64,000 nucleotides of DNA from Eledone cirrhosa (lineage: Eukaryota): NCBI GenBank assembly GCA_964016885.1, contig OZ024742.1, positions 250,790,001 to 250,854,000 on the forward strand, given 5' to 3'. Shown piece after piece: positions 45,496-58,582 of this stretch. The notes below the pieces were generated by a model, which made no database searches, had not been told where the DNA came from, and saw only the letters and a program-made list of their open reading frames with translations. The position numbers were made by a program, and so were the translations under genes. The stretch's first letter is position 1. Each line of letters starts with the position of its first letter.

Positions 45496-46149
45496 CTTAA
45501 GTCCTTCTTCAGGAGTATATATATATAAGGAAGCAAACATACAATCCACGTGTATATATGTATGTGTGTGAAAGTTTGTACATATATATGAGTGTGTGTG
45601 TTAACTCTCACATGATGTAATGTTCACAAACGTTCAAAGATGAACAAACTTAACAATGAAAGAGTCATGTGGAATGTGAAGTGTATATACCATTCTCCTC
45701 TCTCTGTATACATATAAATATATATAAATGAGTGTTCATATGAGGTCGATATATGTATTTAGGGAGACATAGATAGGGCTATATATACAGTATGTACAAG
45801 TAAGTATGAGCTGATGTAAAAGAAATGTATGAGCTGATGTTAAATTGTATTGAGACTGATAATATGGAGTTATTTAACTGCTATTGATTAGTCAATATAT
45901 CAATATTATAGTTCACTCATGCTTTCTAAACGATCGTAAAACATTGAACTAATCAAACACTGAACCAAGCTTTCTTTGTTTTCTATGTTCGACCTATATA
46001 TCTGACACTAGTTCTTTTGAATACTCAACAAAATCTAATATGGTGTTATTTTCACCATATTTCATCAAGATATTCATACCCGTGCTATATGGAGTAATAA
46101 GTGTTATTGGTCCTACCGTAGACAGGTAAAAAACCAGTGTCAGTGTGTT

Positions 46150-46186
<37 letters not shown>

Positions 46187-46300
46187 ATACTCTACTCCCC
46201 ATAATTCTTTGTTCCCTTTTAATATTATTATTATTGTATATATGTATATATATATGTATATACGGGTGTTGTATATAGAAACATATACAAAATATTTATA

Positions 46301-46507
46301 CAGGGTGGCCACTGAAAAGCTTGTTCGTTTTCAATCTTTTTTATTTATTTTTTTTTTTCCAGGTTATAGAGCATCCCTTATTTTTCACACATAATACTGA
46401 AAAAATCCATTACTTATATTTCCAAATAAAATAATAAAAAACTAAATAAACGTGTTTGTAAAAGTTATTTTTGTTTTATATCATTCAGTCTGTAGGTGGT
46501 TACCCTA
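46301..46507. mobile_element. Possible Tc1/mariner-type MITE
   Basis: TA|cagggtggccac ... gtggttacccta|TA, with imperfect TIRs. Confidence 0.5.
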
Positions 46508-47644
46508 TATAAATATCCAAGGCTAAAAGGACTTTTATTTATACATAAATATTTCATATATGCTTCTATATATAATGTATATATATAATTTATATTTCAT
46601 CAACAGTAGAGTTTCAGTTTCACTGGGAAAATCTAAATAACCCTCTAAGCTCGTTAGTTAAAATGTATGTTCGTTTAAGATGGCGAAACACGTGTATTTG
46701 TAAAATGTACTGTTGATGTGATAAAAAATTTTATATAATGCAACTCATCCCTCAAATTGGGTGTTCTACCAATTTAGATATTTATTATGAAATTCAAGTA
46801 CAGTATGGGTGTGTATAACTGGGGTTGTATATTGTATCATAGTCGAAATGTTCACGTATAATAGATATCCTTGTAGCCTCGCTATGAATTTTAAAATCTA
46901 TGATCATGTCACTGTTATTCTTAGCAACAAAAGAAAACCCTGACAATACCGTTTTTAGTTCATTAGCCGGCATCCATGAGGCCGACTCCTTTGGAAACTA
47001 AGACAAAATAAGCTAAAAGCTAATACTTTTTATGCTTATGAACATTGTCTGATGTAGCTCATTTGCATACAGAGCAAAAGCTGACGTGCTCGAATTAATA
47101 AGCAGTAGCAATGCTTTGACATAGCATGACTGAGATGTGATCGGTGATGTACATTGAATCATATATGAAATGTTTATGTATAATAAACACCCTTTCGTAT
47201 TTGGTTCAATATATGACCATCCATTATCAAGGGAGAACCTTGGAGAAATCAGCGATTGTCTTTCCTAGTTACTGTTTATTTTGAAATCCGAAATATTGGG
47301 ACTAATAAATTACAAAGTAACAATCAGTCATTTTTGTCTTCCTTCTTCCACTCTTTGCGTTCTACCTCACGTCTCTTAACTCACATCTAACTTTGTAGGT
47401 ATTTCAAACTCATCAGCATTGTAACAGCTTCCTAAACATTTTCATTATATATATATATATATTTATATGTATATAGTTGTCATTATGTATTGAAGCGTTT
47501 ATTTCTGAGATCTGTGTAAGTCTCATCTCAATCAACAAATAATGGTGTAAGCAAGATAGAGCACTCCGTGCCAGTAGTATGCATCCACCATTGATATGGG
47601 ATCGTGTCTAATATAACGGTGTATCAATATCATCGATTAACATC

Positions 47645-48030
47645 TATTTTCCATGCTTGCATGGGTTAGACGGCTGTCACGTCATGAAGCCAGACTGGTC
47701 AGGTGACTAGGTCCTGCTTATGCACTTTGTTTTGGCTTGGTTTCTAGGATTGGATGCTCTTCCTAATGCCCAACACTTTACAGTGTGTACTGGGAGCATG
47801 GTTTCTACAACTGGATGCCTTTACTAATGCCCGCCATTTGACAGCATGTACTAAAAGCATGTTTCTACGACTGGATGCCCTTCCTAACACAAAACACCTT
47901 ACAGAGAGTACTGGGAATATTTTATCATGACTCCGACACTAGCACCTTAATGGGTAGACTGGATGTTTTTTGTCATGGCACCAGCACTACCATCTTACAG
48001 GGTGGAGTGGATGCTATTGTAGTGGTCCCA
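47645..48030 (-). mobile_element. SINE family B 3' portion with repeated internal modules
   Basis: tttccatgcttgcatgggttagac, and three copies of ggatgc..cctaa..cactttacag-like modules. Confidence 0.65.
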
Positions 48031-48442
48031 GCACTATTTTATTACAGAACTAGGGTTATATGAATAAATGCTAAGACAAGTTTGTGTAATTACATAATTA
48101 TGTGCATTTTAGTAACACCATAGTGTTGCATTTATGCAACTACAGCAGGTATGGCATCATCAGATAGTTACAAACAATTATGTATGAAAGTCCATAACTA
48201 GATACGTAAAAAGACAAGGTGCAGTAGACAGAACAAGATGAGAACAAAGAGAAGAGATAGAGAAGCAAATATAGTCATTGAGAAGGTCAGATGATGAGTG
48301 ATGAAAGAATTTGACAATTAACAATTAAACAACCAACTGGTTATTAAGCTAAATGATAAATGGATTAGTTACTTTCATAATAAGCCGAAGCAAAACTCAA
48401 CTGTGGCTTGTTTTTATTGGCAGCATAACTATATGTATATAT

Positions 48443-48700
48443 CATCATCATCATCGTTGTTGTCGTTTAACGTCCACCTTTCACGCTAGCATCGGTTAGA
48501 TGGGTTGTCCCATTTGAGGCAGATTGGGATCAGGTGACCATATTCTGCTCATACAGAATTCTGGGTAGATTTCTAGAGCTGGGTGCCCTCCCTAATGCCA
48601 ACTACATTTACAGTGTGCTGGGTGCTTTTTGCCGTGATTCCTACATGACCACTTTACTGTGTGGACTCGGTGCTTTTTGTCATGACACCCACACGTTGTG
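48443..48700 (-). mobile_element. SINE family B 3' portion
   Basis: (CAT)n tail, gctagcat, gccctccctaatgcc and gggtgctttttgccgtg. Confidence 0.7.
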
Positions 48701-50344
48701 ACACACACATGCATACATACACATCATATGCATATATATATATATAATGTATGTATATATTATAGTATTAACACTAACATAGCATGGCTAAGAATAATGG
48801 CGTTTATTGACACATATGTAACATGTATAAATAACAAACATATAGTAGTTTCATTGTATCTTTCCTGTGATCATATCACAGCCGCTTCAGTATCTGTGTA
48901 AAAGCGTGTTGAGACAGATGTTTCTGTAGTAATAGTAGTAATAGTAGTAACACTACCACCACCAACAGGGGCAGCTGCTATTTCATTTTGGGTTGTTATT
49001 TCTAGTAAATCACGTTGAGAATTTCTTGCTCGAGGGAAATAGAAGGGCTTACTTATATATTTTAAACATGAAAATTTGAATGAACCAAAATTAAAAAAAA
49101 ATTTTTTTTTTAAATCCTGTTGCCACCTATTCTGATATTTACACTGAACTAGGAAGTTTCAACGTGGTCTCTCAACATACTAGAAATAGAAGCCAAATTT
49201 CACACACATCACACCTCAGCCCTGCATAGTAAATCTTCACGTTAAAGAATTGCCGAAAAAGAAATAACCAATAAGGCTAAGGTCATTTACGTGGGGTGGT
49301 GTTAGGATTTGTTCAAAGTTTGTCAAACAAGGAGAAAAAAACCCTCTTTCGCTCTACTGACACGGTACACATTGCAGAAATAACAGCCAAATGCATCTCG
49401 TATCGCTCATGAAAGAATAAAGGGTCATGTGTGGACGCTCTTTGATCGTGATCATAAATCTGAGGTGTTATGGCAGACCTGGGGTTAAATATCCGATACA
49501 TTTATGGGATAAAAGGAGGGAGTATTAGATGAAAGAAGGGATAACAACAATTGACAGGTGAATGGTAGGACAGAGAAAACCAGGAAGTAGAAATAGCCAC
49601 AACATCACTTCCTGGTTAACAGAGAGTGAAAGGAAGGGATGAAAGAGTATGGAAAGAGAGAGGGTGTGAGTGAAGAGAAGATAGAGAGAGTAAAGAAAAG
49701 AGAGAGTGTGGGGGAAAACGAGAGATACCACTTTTCTTCATGTTCATATTTTTCACTCAGTGCGTATATACACGCACACACACACAATATATAAAATATA
49801 CAACATATACACGATATGTCTATAGTGTAATATATATATATATATATTATATAAACACGATGAAGCGTCTGCTAAATTATTTAGTGAATATGTTTATAGA
49901 TACTAACATATTTTGTATGAATACATAGTGTATATATAGATCATTATGTTAATTGTAATAACTTTAGGACGAAAACTTTTCGATAACAAATAAGGAGTTG
50001 GTGATCATATTAAGCGGCATACACGGGTCCCACTATACACACATATACTTTTATAGTGGGACCTGTTGGTTATAAAATGTAGAGTTAATTGCAATAATTC
50101 CACTCACACACACGCCGTATGGATAAGAGGAAGTGAATAATGGATGGTTGTATAAGATTCAGTAATGTTGAATAGAATATACCGTTAGATCCTAGTACGG
50201 TGTATAACAGATGTTTTGACAGGTACAAAATAATACAGAATGTGTGTGTGTATATATATGTACGCGCGGCTCATGTGTGTCTGTGTGTACATGTGTGTAT
50301 AGTAAGACGGCATATATCGAAACAAGAAAACTAAATAAATTAAT

Positions 50345-50382
<38 letters not shown>

Positions 50383-50869
50383 GCACACATATATGGGTGT
50401 GTATACATGTGCATGTACGTTCGTTGTGTATCTGTTTACATAACACGCTCACACACACATATATATATATATATGTGTGTGTGTGTGCGTGTAAACATGT
50501 ATTTATATGCATGTGTGCGAGTGTTTATATACATAATACGTACGAATGTGCGTATATATATGGTTAAGAAGGTAAACGAGATGTGTCAGAGAGACTGAAG
50601 TGTATATACACAGAAAGAGAGATGACAGTATGTATGTAGATTGAGCGAGGGTGTATATAAGGTAATAACAAGAATGTGTACCTGCTTTTATGAGAAGTTC
50701 AAGATTGTTCTTGCTGTCCGACCTGAAACATGTGGCAGCCATCTTGTAGTGGTAATAGTAGTGATGATGATGGTGGTCGTAGTGGTGGTAGGAATAGTGA
50801 GGAAGTTACGGTGGGAAACCGGAAGCAAAATAACACATACATATACATACATTTACACATACATATATA

Positions 50870-50985
50870 CATACATACATTCACACATACATACATACAT
50901 ACATACATACATACATACATACATACATACATACATACATACATACATACATGCATGCATGCATGCATGCATGCATACATACACA
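50870..50985. repeat. (ACAT)n/(GCAT)n microsatellite
   Basis: Direct reading. Confidence 0.95.
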
Positions 50986-51498
50986 TACATACATACACAT
51001 GTTATAGATATTCATACATACATAACATGCATACACATATACATACACACACATGTTATAAATACATATTTATATATCTACATGTGTGTGTGTTTGAGTT
51101 CTTTAATTCTTTTTCATGTTTCAATCACTAGACTACGGCCATACTAGGATTTAGTCTATCACATCGGCTCCAGTACTTATTTTATCGACCTTATTTTAAT
51201 TCATACACAAACCCTTACCCCCTCCCCCCACACACACACATACACACGCTCTTATGTATATAATTTTGTACTATAGTATATATATGTGTTTAAATACACA
51301 CACACACACACACAGTCATCCTTTCCTTATTATTTTTTTTTTTTTCTTATTATATTCTTTCTTCCTCTTCCTTACCTTTTCCTTCCCCCCTCCCTTTCCT
51401 TTTTTCCCAATCTCATATATCCATCTTATTTTATTATTCATGTTGATTTAACACTTAACTGCTCGCAAGTGTTTTTTAAGCTTCATATCATGTCTCCC

Positions 51499-51569
51499 TA
51501 TTTTATCTGATGAGAACGCAAATATCATCCCATGATGATATTTGTTTTTGAAATGCGCATAATAAAATA
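51499..51569 (+). ncRNA. Type-I hammerhead ribozyme motif with intact core
   Basis: tattttat CTGATGA gaacgcaaatatcatc-ccat-gatgatatttgttttt GAAA TGCGCA TA ataaaata. Stem I is 8 bp, stem II is long, and stem III is the palindrome ATGCGCAT. Predicted cleavage after 51561. Confidence 0.85.
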
Positions 51570-51603
51570 CATGAAACTCTTTTAACCATCTTTTGATTTT
51601 ATA

Positions 51604-51604
<1 letters not shown>

Positions 51605-51673
<69 letters not shown>

Positions 51674-51690
51674 TCATATATATATATATA
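51605..51690. repeat. (TA)n microsatellite
   Basis: Direct reading. Confidence 0.97.
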
Positions 51691-52017
51691 TTACAAAGTG
51701 GAATTACCGGAGGCCAAAAATGTTGAATTTCCCTAGATATTTTATTCTTGCAAACACTATGCACATTTCAGTGGCCACGTTGCGTAAGAACCCGGTGACA
51801 TCTTCAGGTGTAAAGTGCGTAATAGATGTATACCAACGGAAGGAAGGTAAACTTTAAGGAAACAAGCAAAGAAAAAGCAGAGAAGAAAAAAATGTGTTTT
51901 TGTTTTTGACTCAGAGGCGAACGAGGCAGCATGGTCTTCTTATGCCTCGCGGTTGTAGTACAAAATTGGTATAAATATCCAAGGGTAAGAGGCACTCAGT
52001 CCACAGGACGAGTTGAC

Positions 52018-53177
52018 TATAATTAATTACAACAGAAACATGTACAGGTATTTAATGTTTCGTTCAGTTATTAACCCCCAACCTGTCATATAAATAAAAA
52101 TAGTTTCCCCCATGGTGATTTTATAACGTATAGGAAAGTTCTAAGGATAGGTAATCCCGAATTCATCTATAAATAGACAAATTCCTTGAATAATGTAAAT
52201 GAAAAGGGAGGTAACTATTAAAAATACATGGCAGGCAACGTGTATTACACAAGATGACCAAGGATTAAGTTGAAAATGTCGTAGAAAATTAATTCAGTTA
52301 ATCTGGTCTAGACCATTTTCAGAACAAATTTTACTACATGAGGACAGCGACTGAAGCATTCAATATGAGTATTTAAGCAGCGTTTCCTTGAATCCAGTTA
52401 TCACAAATATTCAACCGCTATACAGTAACATAAAATCCCACATCACCAACAAACACAAAAGCCTTCCACCTTACTGATGCTCATGCAGAAGGCCAGAGTC
52501 TCCCTGATCAACAGTGCAACACTCGAGCGGTGATATATAAAGCAGAGTAACCTCCACCAACCAGAACCTGGACTTATGTAGGAATGTCTGAGAGCCGGTT
52601 TAAAGCCGTTTATTGAACCAGGAAACAACCTTCAGAGATCCCGGCAAAAAAAACATACCACTCAGCTCGTGAATCTCAAAATAATGGCACAGCGTTATCC
52701 ATTAAATGGAGGATACTGGAAAAATCCCCTCCCCCTTTGTCAATAGGACGAAATTTTGCCTGCTGAGTAACTCGGAGAAATGGAATATACACTCGCAAAT
52801 GGCTTCGGGAAAACGCTGTTTAAATACTCGCATCAACTGCTTCAGTCACTGTCCTCATGCAGCAAAATTTGTTCTAAAAATGGTCTAGACCGGATTAATT
52901 GAATTTATTTTCTTTGACTTTTTAACTTAACCCTTGTGTAGCACATGTTGCCTCCCATGTTTTTTTGTTAATAGTTACCTTCCTTTTCACCTACATTATT
53001 CAAGGGAATTGTCTATTTATAGATAAATTATGGATTATTAACCCTTAGAACTCTCCTATACGTTCTAAAATCACCATGGGGGAAGCTATTTTTATTTATA
53101 TGACACGCTGAATGAGTTGGGATGAATAACCCAACGAAACTCAACTACCTGTACATGTCATTGTAGTAACTAATTAT
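52018..53177 (+). mobile_element. Penelope-like element 3' fragment (decayed GIY-YIG endonuclease) with inverted pLTR-like repeats
   Basis: Frameshifted motifs CNTRAVIYKAE, TYVGMSESRFK, IKWRILEK, FCLLSNSEKWNI and LNTRINCFSHCPHAAKF. 52018-52280 is an inverted copy of 52915-53177. Confidence 0.8.
53101..53160 (+). ncRNA. Hammerhead motif in the Penelope pLTR, with a 1-nt core insertion
   Basis: tgacacg CTGAATGA gttggg-atgaataa-cccaac GAAA c..g TA catgtca. Confidence 0.65.
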
Positions 53178-53474
53178 ATATATATATATATGTGTGTGTG
53201 GGGGGGGGGGTGTAGGTGTCACTTCGGTCATGAATGACCATAGGTTTTGCACCTAGAAAGTTCCTCTCCAAAGCAGAAGCCTCAATAGTCGTCCATGAAT
53301 ACCAGTCTCCCCTTTCCCCGCTACCAATGCTGTCCTATAAAAAGGCAATGGCTAATGCAGCTTGGCGCCAGTGACGTTGCAACTCATTTCTACAGCTGAG
53401 TGAACTGAAATAATGTGAAATAAAGTGTCTTATTCAGGGACACAGCGCATGGCATGTCCGGGAATCAAAATCAC

Positions 53475-53650
53475 GTCTCCTTGGGAGTTTGATTAATATA
53501 TTTTTTTGGAATGTATTGGGTCAAGTATGAAATATGTAGAAATTTGTTTTTTTCTTTTCTATAAATTTCTACAAATTTCATTTCATACTTGACGACCCAA
53601 TACATCATTAGCGTTAATAGTAAATCTTAATCAATTAGTCCAAGGGAGAC
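53475..53650. mobile_element. Fold-back (hairpin) MITE-like element
   Basis: Nested inverted matches gtctccttgg/ccaagggagac, ttgattaa/ttaatcaa, atgtattgggtc/gacccaatacat, gtcaagtatgaaa/tttcatacttgac and tgtagaaattt/aaatttctaca. Confidence 0.7.
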
Positions 53651-53822
53651 TATTCCGACACACAAATTACATAAACAATTGAATTGGGAATTGATATGCA
53701 GTGAGCAGTGGGGTAATCAGGATTTTCTGACCCTCACCTATCCTCGGGGTGGGGGTATTAGACAATCTAGCTATCCCTCACATCTCAGATGTTTTATTTA
53801 TGTGAGTAATTATACTACAAAT

Positions 53823-54203
53823 TATTCTTTCTACTTTTGGCACAAGGCCAGCAACATACCAGTGCATTACTGGTACTTTATTTTATCGACCCCGTAAGGA
53901 TGAAAGGCAAAGTTAACCTTGGCGTGATTTGAACTTAGAATGGAAAGGGTTGTAACTCTATAAGTCAAAGCATGGCGTCCGACCCTCTACCGATACTGCC
54001 AATCCACCGCCTATAGAGTTTCTACTTTTGGCACAAGGCCAGCGAATACCCCAGTGCATCACTGGTACTTTATTTTATCGACCCCGTAAGGATGAGAGGC
54101 AAAGTTATCCTCGGCGGATTTGAACTCAGAACACAAAGGGCCATAACTCTATGCTGCAATGCATGGTGTCTGACGCTCTACCGATACTGCCAAACCACCG
54201 CCC
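53823..54203 (-). mobile_element. Head-to-tail SINE-A dimer
   Basis: Two full units inside a single TSD ttatactacaaat at 53810-53822 and 54204-54216. Confidence 0.88.
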
Positions 54204-54555
54204 TTATACTACAAATAATATGACTGAAATATAAGGAATTAGTTACGAACACGGAAATAAAGTCACAATTCCTTGGACCTCTGTCGTTTTCGACGACGAG
54301 TGTTTCAGTTGTCAAACAACGGAGCTGCCTGCTCATAAAATTAACGTGCCACTGGTTGTGCATTCCATATGCATATTCACCCAAAACTTAACTTAGTTTT
54401 CATGGAGATTCAGTGTGATAGAGTGTATTGTGATAGGACTTTGTGCATTGAAGCAATGTGAAATTGAACTCACAACTTGACGATAGTTAGCTGAACACCT
54501 TAAGCTATATGACTTCACGAACCTCAATGAATGAGAGAATGCCAATGCTCTAAAG

Positions 54556-54775
54556 CAGGCATGTCAAACATAAGCCCGCGGGCTGCATACGGCCCTTTAC
54601 AAGCACACCTGCAGCCCGCACAAAGATTTTTACAGCGCGAGCATGTTTAATATTCGTAATATAAAATGTTTGAAAAATGTGTTGTAATGTGCGCAATTAG
54701 TTGTCGTGTGTGGCCCTCAGATAACAGATATGTGACCCATGTGGCCCGCGGGGGACACTCAGTTTGATATATCTG
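54556..54775. mobile_element. hAT MITE, same family as 36858
   Basis: TIRs caggcatgtcaaac and gtttgatatatctg, with TSD ctctaaag/cactaaag. Confidence 0.88.
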
Positions 54776-55162
54776 CACTAAAGCATTCCAGCCATGATCT
54801 TGCCATATTCTTTTTTGAGAATAGTGTAACTGGGACTACATTAGTTAATGTGTTGTTTACTTTTTATGACGGTTGTTTATTGTTAGAGAGTTGTATAGAA
54901 TGTTTGGCGATATTTGTTCTGACTGTCTGAGCTGTGAACACAAATCTCGCTGAGGTCACCGATGTCTTTCATCCTTTCGGAGTCGATAAAGAAAGTACAG
55001 CCGTATCTTTCCTTCCAACTCTTACATCTTATATGCTCCGCTGTGTCAATAGAGGAACGGGCGCAACGTGTCTGAGTGTGCTCACGACTAATTGGCACCT
55101 AAAACTTTTAGCGAAAACATAGCCCAAGCTGTCAAGTCAGACGCGATTGCGATCGATGGCGG

Positions 55163-55163
<1 letters not shown>

Positions 55164-55251
<88 letters not shown>

Positions 55252-55510
55252 GCGTGCGTGTGCGTGCGTATATGCGCGCGTGTGTGTGGGTGTGCACGCG
55301 CGTTGTCTGGGTGTGTATATGTGTATGTGTGTGTATGTGCGCGCGCGCGTATGTGTGTATGTATGTGCGTGGGTATGCGCGCGCGTGTGAGTGTGTGTGT
55401 GTGTGTGCGTGTGAATGTGTATGCACACGCGTGTGTGTGTATGTGTGTATATGCGTGTGTGTGTGTGTGCGCGCGTGTGAGTGTGCATATGTGTGTGAGT
55501 GCGTGCGTGT
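55164..55510. repeat. (TA)n(TG)n and TG/CG alternating purine-pyrimidine tract
   Basis: Direct reading. Confidence 0.95.
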
Positions 55511-56914
55511 TTAAAATGCCGCAGTATTTAAAACATTAAAACATTAATTATAGAAATTATAGAAAGGGGATAAGAGGCAATGATTTCCGAAATTCAGCCC
55601 ATCGCTTCATAGATGGTGAGAGTAGGTCCATTCAGTCAGACTTTACTTGTCACACGCACCTACCTTTCAGCAAATTCACTCACCTTTCACTCCATTTGAT
55701 GGAGGGGGCGGGTGATGAGGAAAGTGCCTGTCCTCAGTCCTTTCAACCATCTTATCCACCATACAATCTTTTTTCCATGACCAGAAGTCAAAGAAAACTG
55801 CCTGCCTTTCCCCAGATCAAAAGATAGTAGCGGAAGTAATCCTCACGATGGACTTGGCTGATAGCGGAATCAGTCTTATTGGTGGTAGCAGATGATCAGC
55901 AAAACCCCGCCATTCAGAAATAATTGATGTCGTTGTCCCTGCGCATCCTAGACAGACCTGTCTGATGGGCCAATGGTACCCATAGAGTTTATTGAGATCC
56001 AGCAAGCTCTACCTCTTGGGAATGCTGCCATTGCAAGGATATCTGGAAATTGTTCACAGTTTACGGGGTGAAAGTCTCCGGAATGGTGTGTTCAGTTGAT
56101 AATCATTCAAACATAGAGTCTCCCCGAGTAATTTGTTGCTTCAGCCCATCATTAATTTTCTTCTGTCGAGAACTGCTACAAGGCTGTCGAGTGAGGCACT
56201 GAAGTCCAACATCTGTTGGTGTTGCCATTGTTGTTGCTGTAGGTGCCATTGGGCTTGTGGCGTTGGCAGCAGTTAGGTTTTTATCTCTCTTCTCTGAGAA
56301 CAGAAAACACTCGGTAGATTAGTGCTGCTGTATATGTAACGCCTACTTTTCTGCTGCCCTTCACCACAACTCTTATTACTCCCAATTCCCAAATACGGGG
56401 ATCTTTGAAATGTTTTCAGAGGTAGGTAGTACCAGTAGCACTATTCTGAGTCCCATCACATTCTAATGGGAGACTTACTTCTAATTGACAGGCTAGCTCC
56501 CCATACCCATCCAATATCATGATGAAATGTTTGCTGTTTATCCCAAGTGTTGTTGTTGTTAACATCTGTTGGTTCCCACGATGAGTGTTCCAGTCGTTCG
56601 AACAGTGGAACAATCTGCTCATGAGATTAAGGTGTAAGTGGCTGAGCATTCCACAGATACGTACAACCTTAACATAATTCTCAGGGAGATTCAACAGGAC
56701 ACATTTTGTAATAGGATTACAAGTACAATTATTACAAGTACAACTCGACTTGAGCAACATGAAATAACTTGTTTTGCTCAACACAATGCACCGTTAGTAA
56801 CTGAACTCACCACTGTACAATCATAACCCGAACACTTTAACCACCCACCTTCGCATCTCAAGTGACACAATTTTGAGTGACACGTTGGCTATTCGCCGAC
56901 CCATATAAGACGAG

Positions 56915-57125
56915 GGTGGTGGATTGGCAGTATCTGTAGAGGGTCGGAAGCCATGCTTTGCAGCGTAGAGTTATGGCCCTTTATGATCTGAGTTCAAATC
57001 CCACCGAGGTTAACTTTGCCTTTCATCCTTACGGGGTCGATAAAATAAAGAACCAGTCACGCACTGGGGTCGATTTAATCGAATTTCCCTTACTCCAAAA
57101 TTGCTGGCCTTGTGCCTATATAAGA
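56915..57125 (+). mobile_element. tRNA-derived SINE family A
   Basis: ggtggtggattggcagtatctgtag (A box), gagttcaaatccc (B box), core, and ttgctggccttgtgcct tail. Confidence 0.85.
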
Positions 57126-57226
57126 AGCCAATCTAAACTATAATAAAGGAAGGTTTGTGGGACGGCGTACGGTTTTTTTTTTTATCCTGTTTGTAAAATA
57201 AGTTGGATTTACTTTAAATAAATAAT

Positions 57227-57605
57227 TGTTTCTACTTTAGGCACAAGGCCAGCAATAACCCAGTGCATTACTGGTACTTTATTTTATCGACCCCGTAAGG
57301 ATGAAAGGCAAAGTCAACCTCGGCGGGATTTGAACTCAGATCGTAAAGGGACGTAACTATGCTGGAAAGCATGGCGTCCGACCCTCTACCGATACTGCCA
57401 ATCCACCGCCCCTCATATAATTGTTTCTATTTTTGGCCATGGCCAGCAATTTACGAGTACATTACTGGTACTTTGTTTTATCGACCCCGTAAGGATGAAA
57501 GGGAAAGTTAACCTCGGCGGGATTTGAACTCGGATCATAAAGGGACGTAACTCTATGCTTCAAAGCATGGTGTCCGACTCTCTACCGATACTGCCAATCC
57601 ACCGC
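57227..57605 (-). mobile_element. Head-to-tail SINE-A dimer
   Basis: Two units inside a single 18-bp TSD ttacttt(a/g)aataaataat at 57209-57226 and 57606-57623. Confidence 0.88.
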
Positions 57606-58582
57606 TTACTTTGAATAAATAATGAATGAATATTACATAATTTATCTACTAAACTTCGTGGCTGTTCATTAAATATATTTTGTTTATTTAAAGATTCACT
57701 TGTTTAAAATTTCGGTGGCGATCGCTTAAATAAACACTAATTTTCTCCTAATGCAGTTTATGTATAATATCGTCTTTTTTAATGTATCATGGATTACGTG
57801 ACTGATTAAATAAGACAGTGTAACGTAGTCTTCGTTCAATTTCTATGTATTATATATTGTCAATTACGATTTTATTTAATGTATCATATCTACATGTATA
57901 TATACTTGCGTATAATATCAATTATACACACTACACATGCTAGCAGAAAACCACCCGAAGGGTGGTTTTTCTGCTAGTAATAAATAATCATCGGAGATGC
58001 ATGGTTATCTGGCAATTTTCCAGCTTTCCTTTTCTGGAACTCAATAAATCCTTCATACAGTCTTTTGACCTGTGTGACAGTAGAGTTATTAACGCTGGCG
58101 ATTTTCTTGTTCACCTGACATGAATAAACCTTTTGTAAGAATATGAAGCTTCAGTATGCAGTGTTTCTGCTTCGACTTGAATTTCTCTTTGTATGCAGCA
58201 AAATGCTCCACCACCCACGAATGACAATGCATTATGTATGTTTGTAGCGACGGTGGTGGTAAAAGTGCTGCTGCTGTTACCAAAAGTTAGTTTGACAGTC
58301 TTCTGGTGCTGATAGCGATAGTAAGTATTGTTGTTGTTGCTGCTGTTGTTATTGCTGTTAGACACATCCCTGTTGTTGTTACTCTTACTGTTACCGCTGC
58401 TACGGTCAGCCGATGGACAATGGCTGTAGTGTTTGCTTTACTGCTGTTGTTAATATTTCCACCCCAGACTTTGAACCATGAGTTGGAGAGTTCTTGTTTC
58501 TAATTTAGGCACAAGACCAGCAATTTAGAAAGTGTAGGGATGTTGATAACATTGATTTCAGCATTTGACTGGTACTTTATGT

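Noticed and set aside
46620-46705. GAAACACGTGTA hammerhead-like 3' half; similar partial motifs at about 45925, 46040, 49855, 61250 and 63800
   Set aside because: The CUGANGA or GAAA half, or stem I, is missing. They may be decayed copies but are not supportable individually.
50192-55539. Many short His/Thr/Ile/Tyr/Cys/Val ORFs
   Set aside because: They are microsatellite translations.
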